This document shows positions 1 through 13,056 of a stretch of DNA of 64,000 bases, one piece after another. The position numbers were made by a program, and so were the translations under genes. How positions within the stretch are numbered: position 1 is the stretch's first letter; each line of letters starts with the position of its first letter. The stretch is from Marsupella aquatica. Its lineage: Eukaryota > Plantae > Marchantiophyta. The notes below the pieces were generated by a model, which was given only the letters and a program-made list of their open reading frames with translations, was not told where the DNA came from and ran no database searches. The stretch is from positions 9,053,875 through 9,117,874 of the forward strand of contig OZ316891.1 of NCBI GenBank assembly GCA_973895155.1, written 5' to 3'.

Positions 1-1150
1 GGGATTCTCTAGGGAAGCGAAGCAAGGGATGCTGGCTTTTATCCAGGCTATTCAAAGATTGGCCTTCAGGGGACATGCTTTTGACTCTATGGCCAGGCAA
101 TGGCGGTGGCTTGACAAAGATTTTGCTCCCCATTGCTTTAGGCTCTCTAACCATCGGGTGTATGAAATGCTCCACCCTAAGGGCTCTGATTTTTGCAGGC
201 TCAACCGGATCTGGAATGAAACTCTGACTGGGGCTGATTGGAGCAGGGTCTGGATTGTGGTATGGAGTACTGATCTCTCCACTAAGGCAAAAACTTTTCT
301 TTGGTGGATTCTGGCTCAGGGGCTCTTCTCTGGCTCTAGGGCACCCAGGATGGCCAAATCTGGCAGCTCTTGTACTCTGTGTGTTGGCACTATGGAAACT
401 ATTCCCCACATTTTCCTTTTTTGCAGACACGCGACCTGTTGCTGGAGTTTGGCCAGGAGCTGGCTAAATGGCTTACTCAACGTTGGCCACGTGTCTATTG
501 TTGGCCTGCTCTCATCCACCTTGGGGAAGGAGGCTTTGACTACTTTGCGTCTCTTCCTCTTACATCAATCTCTGTGGTGTATTTGGTTGACAAGAAATTC
601 TCAGACGTTTGACCGTTCTAAGCTGAGAACTTTTGACAAGTTACTGATCTTTTCTGAAACCTTAGATCACTTGACTGTTGTTGCTGCGGCTTTTGCCCTG
701 GGCAAGAAACACCGCCGGCTTAATTACTCGAGCCATCTCGCTTTTAACTGCGGAGCAATTTAGGATTCTCGGTAGCGGTGTACACCGCACTGTTACACAC
801 TTACTTGTGTTAAATCTTGGCTGAGGCTGTCTCTCATTTGTATAACTAGGAAAACCATTCTACTCTTATTTTGAAGTCTAACACTAGATAGTTTCAATCT
901 TTAGTACTCAGAATAGTGTTCGACTAGGTTGAACACTGTTAGGATCCACATTGTTGTTTCTTTGGTCTGATCACTGTGTTGTACTTTGGACTGTGTCCCC
1001 CCTGAAGTGAACCCTCCTGCTTTGACCACACGCTCTATAGTTGTTGTTGGGTCTTTGCTCTTTTCTGCCCTCGATGGCTTGCCGCCTTCTAGCTTGCTTG
1101 TTTCCCCCATCCGTGGGGTTCACACGGAATAAAATTAAAATTTTAAATAA
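1..1150 (+). mobile_element. Non-LTR retrotransposon (L1-like LINE), 3' portion: end of ORF2 (zf-RVT) plus 3' UTR
   Basis: ORF 29..763 has W..VW...LSTKAKTFLW and CTLC...ETIPHIFLFC..A..CW...LWCIWLTRN, typical of the zinc-binding region of plant LINE ORF2. A 3' stem-loop at 1111-1127 is shared with the second LINE and is followed by an A-rich tail. Confidence 0.85.
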
Positions 1151-1159
1151 ACAAATATT

Positions 1160-3755
1160 AAAAATTATTTCTTTTATTTAAGGAAAAGTTTTGGTTTGAG
1201 GTTACAAAGTGTTTTTCTTTGGTTGCTTGTCCTCTAGCTCGGGTTTCCATGCAAAATTCAATTCAGGTCATCAGGTCAGATTTCGGTCTTGAGGTCATCA
1301 ATGGTCTCCCCCATGCATTTTGAACATAGCTTCATCCTTTGGCAAGCTTCTTTCACATCTTTGTTTTTCTTGCTCTCTTCCTCTTGTCCTTTCTTCCTCC
1401 TCTCCTCGAGCTTCCAATCCCATAGCAGGAAAATTTTCCTCTCAACCATATCTTTATCTACCGTTTTCTTTTATCAACCAAGGTATTTCAAATCCTAACT
1501 AAGTCTCTCTTATTTCAACACACTTATAATGAGCTCAGGTTTGTAGTTAAGCTTCTAATGCAAAGTTCCCACTCTGGATCTTCTTAAGTCTCGATGTTCC
1601 CTTTTATGCTCGACCTCAGCTCCGCAAGTCCTTATGTCCCAGATAGTTCATCCCCGTTTTCACTCTAGTCATCATTGCATTCGCTTAACTCTATAGATTC
1701 ATCCTTTTAAGCCAAACTGCCGTGCCACCTCAAACTGTCTTTGCTTTTAACGTCATGCATTCGGTCCTCATTTTTTTCTCGTGAAGTGTTCGACCTCCCT
1801 TTTCTAAGCTTTTAATTTCCTTTGCCAAGTATATGTAAAATTCCTCTTAATGTCAATGAATGCTCTTCTGTAGTCAAGTTAATTCAGTATCAAGGTGTAA
1901 CTCTTGTTTCTTTAATCGTGCATCAGCTCAGTTCCCCCCCCCCCAAAATGCTCTCAGCTTAGCTCAATATCTGCAATCTTGTTTCCTTTTTCAACGTTAC
2001 CTCCACTCAGTAACACTTTTAGAAATCTTTTTGTCCCTTACACATCGCATCAGCCTCTTCTTTGACATTCCTGTGAACTTCAATGTCAGACCAAGGCACT
2101 TAAAACTTGTGACTTCCTTTTCTCTGTTGACGTTTTCCACCTCTAAGACCGGTCTTTGCTTTTACAACTTTAATTGTCTAATCTGAACTCCAACAATCTC
2201 CATTTGCTCGATCATTCTTCAGCCCTTAGAAACACACCATTCTTTTTTGGATTTCCTTCCACAATGTCACCTTCAAGCTTCTTTGAATCTTTGTTTACTT
2301 TCCCATTCACTATAAGCCTGAACTTTCCAACTCAATCTTTCCTCCTTCTCAGTCATTACCGCGTGGAAAATCACATCACCATTCTCCACACACCCTTCTT
2401 TGTTTTGTAGCACAGCGTTGCCTTATCATTTGAAGCTCCTCACCAATATTTTCACGTTTTAAATGTTAATCGAAGGGAACTCACACGCTGCTTTCCAAAA
2501 AGATACCATTCTTTCGTCTCTAGAATCCCTTCTCCAGGTCCATCTCATAGCAACACTCTCCTCATGCATCTAATCTTGTTAGCTTTCCTTCTCAAATTTG
2601 CTCCTTATATGAATTAAAACTCCTTTTTCACATTCTCACTCACAGAATTTGCTCTTCCTTCCTTCAACACTAGAGCTCCAACAAGGAAGTTTGGCTCACA
2701 GCCTCAACTAACCCGACTGTCACCATTGTTTCCTTCTGTCAATTTTTTAAGCTTTGAGGTCCTCCATTTAATTTAGCAATTCCTTTGCATCTTCTGAACT
2801 GCAATCGTCCTTTTTGTCCTGCTACCAATTCACCTCCATTGTAATTCTTTTCATTTCCTAATAAAAGCCTTGAACGCAGTTCTATCGGGAGTTCTATTTC
2901 CTTGCTTCCGAATGCCTCCATTTGCTCTTAACATCTGAGAAATAAGCGATCTCCCTCCTCTTTACAAGTCCTCAAACTTCCTGAAACTTTGTTTCTCCTC
3001 TTCAATATTTTTGGAGTCCCAAATCTTCTCTCTCACTTCTGCGCAAGGAGAATGCCTCGTTCCTTACTTCAGATTTTCATCATTGTGACCTCTATCCATA
3101 CTCACCATGTCCTTACCCGATTTTGATCCTTGCCACTTAAAAAATCTCCAACAACTCACGATGCGCCTTTTGAATTTCTTCCCTGATCTCAGTATCCCAC
3201 CTGCTTCACCTCAATCACCCAACAGACCAAAAATCTTCCAACAGCAACGTTCAGCACACTTCCTTTTTCCTCCGCTCCCCTTCATCCGAAAATTGACAAA
3301 ATCCCTCCATAACCACCGCGATGCACCCTTTGCTTCACAGACTTCATCCAAACTTCCCAGACCTTAGCATCCTTTTTCTTGCTCCCTCTCTCACCCGATA
3401 AACAAAAAACTTCCACAACAACAATGATCCTCCTCCCCAGTTTTGCCATTTTTGTTTCTCCTCACTTGAACCTCCACTGCGCGCCTCCTCTTTGAAAACT
3501 GCCCTTATGAATCGAGCACTCTCAGTTCACCACGTGTCAGCGGGAGAAAATTCCGCTTCAAAAGCCTCTAAAAGCCATAGTTAAATACCCTTCCTCCTTT
3601 ACTCCTCTTCTGTCTTACTATCTTTCAACTTCAACTCAGTTTTTGTTCTTTTCCCTTCTCAACCAGAGAACTAATTCATTCCAAGCTGATCTTAAGGCAA
3701 GTCGACCTGATCCGGTTTAGTCCACTTCACTCGTCAAATATTTTCCCTGACAACA
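1160..3755 (-). mobile_element. Decayed LTR-like insert; only one terminus is in the window
   Basis: Interrupts the copia integrase at HADV. On the minus strand it begins TGTTGTCAGGG at 3755. The interior is purine-rich on the minus strand with stop-riddled, K/E-rich reading frames. The left end and second TSD copy were not found. Confidence 0.5.
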
Positions 3756-4150
3756 ACGTCTGCATGCACTCGTTCTAAGAATTTAGGTACGTATTTCATG
3801 GATAGTATGTCTTAGAAATAGAAGGTCTAAGTATTAGCTTTCCTTGAGAACATGCCATGCATGACTGATTTTGATTCGTTGGACGTGCATTTTGTGGTAT
3901 TCTATGGGTTACTCTCCTCATCTTTTGAAACATAGTCATGCTAGGGTACGTGTCCAGGCCTAGTATGCCAAAGGTCATATAGTGACATTTCATGTGTAGT
4001 GGAATGAAAAACATTCAATTGTGTGACATAGAAACCCAACGAATACGCAAAAAATATTTCTTTTATTTTCATTCCATCAAAAGTATTCTGTAAAATATGA
4101 ATTACTTCGTGGTTCTTGTCTATACTGGTGTGAATATGGTATTCGTTATC

Positions 4151-7100
4151 TGTGGACCGGCTCAATATAGGGTATGTAAGGAACTTGTCAATTTTTTTGT
4201 TGTTTGTACAAGGAATAGTAAGAAAGTTGTTGTAGTGTTAGCAAAGTACTTAGGGTTTGCAACCCTAAGTCACTAGGGATGGCTAGTAGGAAATCATGGA
4301 AGGGAGAAAATGTGTTGTTCTAAGCAAATGTAAAGGGATAAGTAATATGATTTTGGTAGGCAGCAAATGTTCCACCCTTAGTTAGGATAGGCGACTAAGT
4401 TGGGACCGGAAAATGACCCGACACCTGACATCTTATTTTTGGCTGATATTTCTCCCATGGGTGCTGGGAGGTCCCTAGGGAACCCTGAAAAAGTATGAAG
4501 TCAAGTGGGGTCTCAACCTAGGAGTTGTGAGTATTTTTACAGAAATTAAAATAACCAACTAGCGGGCCCCGGAGAAAATAGCCAAGGGGTAAATTTTGTG
4601 GGTTAGAGGTTAGAATTAAGTTTAGTATAGACCATAATATACTTGGATTGTCTCAGAAATAATTTTTCACCTTTTGTTACTTTTTGGGAACACCTCAAAG
4701 ATTGGGAATAGTAATGCGCTTTAATAGATATGGTCAAACTTATGTATTTTTAGAAAAGTCGTTATGGAGTGTTTAGAGAGTTTGATAAATTTAGGAGTGA
4801 GTCCTATGTGCAAGGATTCCAGAAATGTGCTCATAAGTACGTTTGGACATTTGAGTGAATTTTGGCATGGCCTTCAAGAGGGGCCAGTATAACTGTTTCT
4901 CCTGAGAGGAAAACGAAATTTTTCTGAGTATCAAAACGCGTCGACGCGGCTGCGACCAGACTAGCACGAGGTAAGGCAAGCATGACATGGGCAGGAATGC
5001 ACGAGGTGGGCTAATTGAAGGGCTGGTGCTCATCAAAATAGGCCACTCTTGATCTGAATAGGCAGGCGCGGGATTGAATTGAGCTAGCTGCTGCTGAGAA
5101 GGACTTGACCTAGCTGCTACTGTGAAATTGAATTGTGAGCTATGGCTGCTGATTGGAATAGGGAGGCTGGCTTTGAATTGGGAAGGTTGCTTGCTGCTAT
5201 GGTAGCGGCACAATAGATTAGAGGTGCTGCTATTAATCAGGCATGAGATGCTCACGAGAATTGGCTGGCTGCTACCTTGATGCTGCTGAATTGATGGATG
5301 CTGCTGCTAGCTGCGAAATTGCAGAGGTGGGCAACTACGAAATTGAGAAGAGAGACCTGCTTGGCTAAGTGATTGGAATAGAGCTAGTTTTTGAGAAGGA
5401 ATCAAGCTATGGCTGTTGCTGCTGTGCTTCGAATCAGTTGCTATGCTTCGAATCAGCTGCTATGCTTCGAATCTGCTGTTGTGCTGCAAGCTGCGAATTG
5501 GTGGGCTATGGCTGCTGCAAAATTCTGCTGCGATTTTGAATCACTTGCAAGGCTGGATGGCTATGGAGGTGGACTGAGAAGGGTGCTGTAGACCTGGCTG
5601 AGCTATCAATTGACCTGCTGTCATTCGATCCAATAGAGAATGCTGCCGTTTCAGATTGAATTCAAGAGAGAGGAAAATGCTGCAAAAATTGGTGTCCTTA
5701 TCAATCTTCTTCATAAGAAATGTGAGTATAATGAGAGTACTCTCCCCTCATGACACGTGGAATCCCCATAAGGGGCGTGTAAGGTTCAAGTGTAATCGGG
5801 TCACCGCTTACACCCGCTTTACACCAAAAACAGGTCTTGGGAGAATGGGCATAACTTTGGCTAGGGGTATCCATTGGGGCCCAAATTTTTTTGTGCTGAG
5901 TAAGGGGAAGGTAAGGCACCCCTTGGTGAAGGTGGAAACCCAGAAAAATAATCACTCAAATATATTTTTAGCGGAGGCCACGAGGGGGTCCCCATAGCTT
6001 GCAAACGAGAGTCGGCATGGGGGAAGTAAGACCAGGTTTTTAGGCCGACACTTCTTGCACCCGTGTCACCCAAGTTAGGATACATGGAGAAGAGAGTACC
6101 TCAGGGTAAAGGTGCAAGGCCGTTAGGGTAAGGAAAGTAAGTTGATAGGTCGGGGTAGTAAGTAAGAACTAGTAAATAAAGAGCCAACTTTGACATGACA
6201 CAACTTGAGACTCACTCACTCTTTTTGCAAGCTTTCAAGTGGGTTGGGAAGCTGGTGAGGAGGACCATAAGTGAGAACAGGTTTGGAGATCAAAGCATGC
6301 AACTCATGTGTGGCATATTCCAGGGCTTGGAAGGAGTCAAGCAATAGGTTGTAGAGTGAGCTACAAACTATAGAGTTGGACTTTGTGTGTTAGGAGGACT
6401 TGGGGGAGGAGTAGTTGGACCCCAGGTCAAGCTTGGTGTGGTGTGGAAGGAGAATAGAATATAAGGAGAAAGTTTTCCTTTGTTAGGGACCGGGAGTCTC
6501 ATCTCTTAAGTGGAATCTCTACCTTGCCAAGGTAGGGCTAAGCTTGAGAAGGGAGAGGTGGTCCATGCTTAGTGTGGAGAATGTGTAGTGAACTTTTATT
6601 GTAAAGGTGATGCAATAAAAGGAGACTTGCCAATCTTCATTATGACCATTAAGTGTGAGTGCATTTGAAGCATATGAGAGCAAGAGAAGAGTCCATGCTA
6701 TGATATAATCTTGGTCTAAGCTTGAAGGGGATGTGCTAGTACAAAACCAAGGCCAAGAGGCAAGGTTAAAGTAGAGCACTACTTTGAGACTTAGAGAGGA
6801 TTATAGCTTGAGGGTGGAAAGTATTTTGTTTGGTGTGTGGTGTTAACAAGAAGTAAGAACAAGAGGAAGAGTCCTTAGATAGAGGAGCCTTCTCTAGAGC
6901 TCAAAGGGGATGTGTGGACCCAAACCAAGGCCAGGGGCCAAGGTTGAGGGGTAACACTACTTTGAGGGTCTTGAGGAGACTTAAGCTTGAAGAGGAAAGT
7001 ACTTTGGTTCTTGGGTGTTTGTGTGAGACTCTTCTCTAAGGTGACAGCTTGGAGCAGAGATCCTCCTTGCTGATCCTTGGAGTAGAGGAGAGGAGAAGGG

Positions 7101-7298
7101 TGTGAGTACAAAAGTAGTCAAGGGGACTACCTCTCTAGAAGTGGAGAGTTGAAACTACTTATGTATGGAGTGATTAGTCATTGTAGGCACATTTCAGAAG
7201 TTTTGTCAATCCTTTGTGACCCTGGTATGATATGGAGCAGGTATTAGGTAGTCTTTTGGGGAGAAAAGCCGCTTAACCTCCTTGACAAGTGTTTGACA
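4151..7298. mobile_element. Solo LTR, 3148 bp
   Basis: TGT...ACA termini. 5-bp TSD TTATC at 4146-4150 and 7299-7303. Splits the copia motif KDIRDN/xYHIHTS. No terminal direct repeats and no convincing ORF. Confidence 0.85.
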
Positions 7299-8426
7299 TT
7301 ATCTCTAATGTCCTTGAAACTAATTAAGTCCCTCGTGGCGTAAGGCGCATAGATAACAAATTTAATGTGAATGGTGGTGCCCTGAGGTAACATGATGGTA
7401 GCGGGTCCGTTAACTTCTTCTATCTGATTACTCCCCATAATAGTGGTCATATTCCTATGGCCCGAGGGAGTAATGGTTGTGAAATAATCCCTATACTTGA
7501 GTATAGTGAGGGACGTGCCGCTATCTACTATACAGGTCCTGATGTCATCCAAGGGTAAGGATTCCTGTTGCTGTGCAATCATGTGTGTCTCAAGAATGGC
7601 CTCATCGTGAGTGTAGTTTTCTAGATGCTAATCCTGCTCTAGAAAGGTGCCATGTGCTTCCTGAGTTCTGCTATTTCTATTTTGCTGATATAGTGCTACT
7701 AGGTGTGCAGGTATGCAGCATAGCTTCTATGGATGCCCCTTGGTGCCGCATTGAAAACATTCCATAGGTCTTCCTGCATACTATCGGGAAGAGCTATCCC
7801 GTTGGGCTGGTCGTCCAGGTCTTCCCGTTCCTCCATGGGTGTACGTGAAGCTTGATCTTCCGCGTTCGCGATTTCCTCCATTTCCGCTGCCTCTGCCTCT
7901 CCCACTAAAGTAGGTAGATCTTCCGCCTCCTCTAAAGGGTGGTCGTCCTCGGCCATTGCGGCTGAAGCCGCCTTGTTGTCCTCCTCTGCTACTCAAAGGC
8001 AGGCCAAAGTTTGTCTCGGTAGTTGGAGGTGATGGTAGGGCTCTAGGGGGTTGCATCTTTGAGTTCTTCAATAACAAGTCCTGATGTCTCTCAGCTAGTA
8101 ACATGTGGGCTATGAGTTCGGAATACTTGGTGAACTTCGTATTCTTGTACTATGACGACAGTATCATGTTACTCAAGTGAAACGTAGATAGTGTCTTCTC
8201 TATCTGCTCTTCGTCATTCACTGGTTGGCCGCGTAGGGCCAACTGTGACATGATCCAAAAGAGTTTACTATTGTAGTTCACTATGGAGGTGTGGTCCTGG
8301 ACTCAAAGGTTAACCCAATCATGGCGGGCTTTGAGAAGGTGGATAGTCTTGGTATGGTCAATTCTATCCTTTAGTTGTTCCCAAAGGTTTTTAGGGTTTC
8401 TTTGTTTAGGTATTGCAGTTTTAGGG

Positions 8427-10562
8427 TGTGACACGGGCAACGTGTCACTTAACTAAACGCAGGTTCTAGATTAGGACTTATACGGTCATTAGGACCGTCG
8501 CCGTAGCGTAGAATAACACGAATAGCCGTCTTTGCCATTATGGATAGATTAGGAGTAGGTTAGTTGACCGAATGATTACGAATTAAGGAAGAGGATTATT
8601 ACGCTCGACCGAGGTATGGTGGCAGCGGTGGAGTAAAAATCCGTTAGAAGAATCACGCTTGGACCGAGACACCGACTTCAGCTCATTATCAACAACCAAA
8701 ATGGCCTTGCCCGCTCACGCTCGAGCTCACCCTGGCACCTCCATAAGAGCGGAGTCGATAAGCACTGCGGGCCATTTGCTCATTTCTACCTTTTGGACTT
8801 CGCAGATGCTGCCATTCACTCTCGCCTTTTTCTCAAATCAAACTGACCTTTACGAGGAGATTATCGAGGGATAAGAGCGGATTGTGGTGAGATTTTTTCA
8901 GGACGAGTAAGGCCTCCACCAGCAAGCGGACCGGCCGGGCGGGAACGCAGACTCGATGAACCAGACTACCAAGGTGAGTATGACCCTTACAACCTTGGGA
9001 TTTTGGACCTGTTTGGCGAGGTAGGTGCTAAGTTCTTCGAGACTTATTGGTACTCTTGCCCTGAGAAAGCCGCTTACAAACAAAGATACGCAAAGTTGGT
9101 GGCCAAGGTAGCACAGGTTAACTGTGAGAGGACAGCCATCACCAGGGATTCCAATTACAACGAGCTACGGGATTACATCACCGAGCTATATATCAGTGAG
9201 GAAGGGTTCAGATCGGTTGCAGAGGCAATTCTTGAAGTTCTCGCAAAGTTCTTTAGGCTGAGGGGTAGCCAGAGACTGACTCCAGCGGAGTTTGACAAGA
9301 TTCCGGGATACATTGACCAATAGATTGCAGCCGAGAAGCGTGAAGAAGACATCAACAGACAACGGGAAGCGGCGCGTAACCTTACGTTCCTTGGGGAAAG
9401 CTGCAACGCCTTCAACTGGGATATGGCTACCCCGACACCACCCCCAGCCCCTCAGCCAATGACCACCGGCGTACCACCAAACCGGTCCCAAGTCCGTCAT
9501 GTAAACAACACCAAGTGTTCCTCGGGTTCCGAGCAAGTTAGTCTGCAACTTGAGCAACGTTTGCGGAAGTGGGCAAGGACGACGCCGGCCCCCGAACCGA
9601 CAAGGCAAACCAACGCCGCCCCTGCACTTGCCCCGGCGAACCCCCCGACCAACCAGACCCAACGACCCACGAGCAGAGGCCGATGAGGCGGCAAACGAGG
9701 CAGAGGAGGCGGTACGGGATAACAAGGCCTTGTAGGACCGCATTACTCGATCTGCCCACCTCTGATCAAGGCGGCTCGAGGTCTCGCCCCGACAGGGGGA
9801 CAAACCCTGGTCCGACCACAACACGCACGTAAGGGGTGGTTAGCAAAGGGTGGGAGCAGGCGCCGCGCGAGGCAGTTGAGTCAGCAACGTCTTTTTGATT
9901 AGGCTTAACGACATAATAGTTGTCATTAGGTGCCGATTAGCGGCCCAGTAGGAAGAATTAGGACAGGATCAGTTAGGATCAGCCGACGTAGGATAGAGTC
10001 CATCAACAGACTAGATTTTGGTCAGTAGACTTAGCTGCTGCCACCCCAGTCAGCGCCCTTGCCGCCGACGGCCAACCGATCAGAGGAGTGCGGCCGGTTA
10101 GTCACAAGGTAGTTAGTCAATAGGCATTACCCCGGAACGTAGTATCTCGTGCATTACCCCAGACTAATGGTCCAGACAAAGCAATCCCTACCATTAGTCC
10201 GGGGTAATGCACACAGTACGGCTCTGTTTGCCATTTCAAGGGACGTACCGGGTGCGGACTAATGGTAGGGATTGCCACCCATTGCATGTCACAAGGTTCT
10301 GTCACGTCGATGGCTTGAAAGCCCCAAACCGGGAGTTAGTCCGAGTCACTAACTGTGGGAATATTCCAGCGGTGGAAAACAAATATACCTATGACCAGTA
10401 CGAGTTGCGTAAGTATTATACCGGTAAGTATATTGACTTAGCCCGACTTAGGGCTAATCGGGGCCACTACACACCTCCTTGCCCGAACCCTCACCCCTAC
10501 TGGTGGTCGAGGTTGCCCCATGGAACTAAACTGGATTTAAGGCCCGGGTTAGGGGCGCTACA
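8427..10562 (+). mobile_element. Solo LTR-like insert, 2136 bp, containing a decayed ORF
   Basis: TGTGACAC...GGGGCGCTACA termini. TSD TAGGG at 8422-8426 and 10563-10567. Splits the copia gag. Confidence 0.85.
8701..9733 (+). pseudogene. Disrupted ORF of unknown function inside the solo LTR
   Basis: Successive plus-strand segments (8701-8874, 9003-9323 with read-through, 9423-9733) have protein-like composition and a Pro/Ala/Glu-rich tail. They are separated by isolated stops and frameshifts. Confidence 0.55.
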
Positions 10563-13056
10563 TAGGGGTTCTACTAAGTGGTGTCGTATGAACACCAAAG
10601 CTTTCGCTTTCTGCTAGGTTGTAGTGCCTTGATCAGTGATGATCGTTTCGTGGATATCTTTGGCTATAAGGTTAGCTTTTAGGTCCAGGGATCATGATAG
10701 GTAATTCTCCCCCTCAATGGTTAAGGGGAGGAAGTTTAATTTTTCTATCGATGCAATAGTTTGGGTTTTAGGGTTGGGTCTAGGGTTAGGTTTAGGTCTG
10801 GTGTTAGGTTTAGGTTTAATTTTGGTGATAATGTATCCCAAAATATAAGGTAGTTTTGTTTAATGCCAGTGAGGTGTTGAGTTTTGTGTGCCTCGTTTAG
10901 TAATGGTTATAGGTTCTGTGCGCTTTCTGGAAATCAAATGTATTTGAATTTTGCCTTTTCATGTTTGGTTTTAGGGTTTCTCTTATTAATATAAGGTTCC
11001 TTCTTGTTAACCCTAAGTGTGGTTTAGGTTTAGGTTTCTGTTTAGGTTTAGTGCCGCATGCAAGGTAAATGTGAAGGAGGAGAAATTTTGTTTTAGGGTT
11101 TTCAGTTTTGCGTGTGTATATGGTTAATTCGGAAGTTTCTTTGACGGGTTTTGTGCTTATAGAAGGTTTGCACTTATCGGTTGGTGTCGATGTTTTCTCA
11201 AGGATTTGGCCTTGATTGTTGCTTTTCTTTATTCTCCTATCTTCAAATGTGGCCATTCGTCCTTCGCTTGTGCTGCGATCTCAGTCTTCAATAAGCTTTT
11301 CCACCTCCATGCTGTCTCAATCGTCTTTCATCAAAAGCCTCTTTTCTTTGTTTCTTACTTCGTCTCTTGTGTGGTCTCCACTGTTGTATTTATCTTTGCT
11401 ACCACCACGGCCTCCTGCTTTGGTCTCAAACTTATGTGCTTTCAATCCGTTTTGCTGCAGTGGTGTTCTATCGCTTCAGGGCCTTTAGGTTAAATCTTCC
11501 TTCTTCTGGTCACTTTGCTGATGTTCTTCATTGTCGCCCTGCTTCTCTTCAGAACTCGTGGCCCACTTCATCGATCCTCTAAAGTGCGTTGGATTCTGGC
11601 TGTCACGATCTCAATTTGTGATTAGCTTTTTCGCCTCCTTGCTGCCCCGATCTTCTGTTGCTTATGAGTGCTTTGATTCAATTGTCCTTATGAGGTTGCT
11701 CGATTTTTTCATGACTTTGAGACGGGCCTTAATGTGATTACTGCTTCTGGTTTTGTTTTTCCTGGTTTGCTATAGTGCAGTAGTGTACACTGAGGAAGTT
11801 GTAGCCCTACGCGATGTCCATGTAAGTTCGAGCGATCTCAAATGTCTGGTGTAATCTCTTACGGTCGATGCCTCTCTCTCCTTCTATTGGTCATCTGTGG
11901 ATTTGCATTTCTTGCCTTCCATTTTTGATTTCTTAATTGCCTTCTTGTCACTTGCCTCTCCAACGGTTAATACGTGCAAACCGCACTTTTCTTCGCTTAA
12001 ACCGTTGGTATCGTATTACGGGGTCGTGGAGGGACGCTATTTGGATTCTTTTCACACCAGGATGAGTATTTTGGTTTCCGCTCCCGGAAATGTAGGTTTT
12101 GATCAAGTCTACCGACTACCCTCACCCCACAGCTTTTGATCAAGTCCTGCCGACTACCCCACTACACCTTCACTCGGAGTCACCCAAAGAGTGCTGTCAC
12201 CACCCCTACTCACAAGGCCGACTCAAACCAAGCAAGTTTCTTCAAATCATAGAACGGGAGAACACAATTCGGAAAGCGAAAAAGGGAGAAGGAACACACA
12301 ACAAAAGCCCATCAAGTCAAATGTACAGATCCATATCTCTTGGGAAAAACGATACACATTGCATGAGTAACCCGGCCTCCTGCCGTCTACTCAACTCCTG
12401 CCTCTCCGGACAATGAGTATGGCTCCCCCTCACTACTCTGAACACGCTTTCAAACTCCTCAGGCTCCACTCTATCCCTCCTTGCTAACTTCACACTGAGT
12501 CCCCCTAACTACTTCGGGGCTATCCCCCTAAATACTGAAAAATCACACCAAAGCACCCCTCACAGGGTCACAACGGTGGCGGCTACCCTAGCGGCGCCGC
12601 TAAAACCTTGCACTAAGAGAAATCCTTAAACTGAAGAGGAGCATGCGGCACACACATGCTGCTAAAACCCTAAACCCAAAACAAGGGGGCCGACGGTGCC
12701 TTCGACGGCGCCCCAACAGTACACGTGAACCCTGAAAGTGAGAGGCACCCCAAAATGGCCGAAACTAGGTGCCCTTCCAAGTGCACACCTGAGCTCACCC
12801 CTGGATAGCTCTTCTTTTCCTGCTTCCGAATCACTAAGTCGCTCCCTCAACGGACTTCAGACGCCTGAGTTATGGCCGTTTCCGTACCGCAAAAACATAA
12901 GTTCTCCAGGCCATAACTTGCTCATCCTGGCTCCGTTTGAGGAGCGCCGCCTCTTGTTGGAATCAGCTCCGCGAGCTCATCCCAACAAGCCCATGAGTGA
13001 CCCCCCACTAAAATGTTGGAAATCTGGAGGCCGTACACCCACGTCCGTACGCCTAT

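Noticed and set aside
4791-5591. ORFs within the 3.1-kb solo LTR
   Set aside because: They arise from low-complexity GCT/CTG-rich sequence with non-ATG starts, so this LTR is not counted as ORF-bearing.
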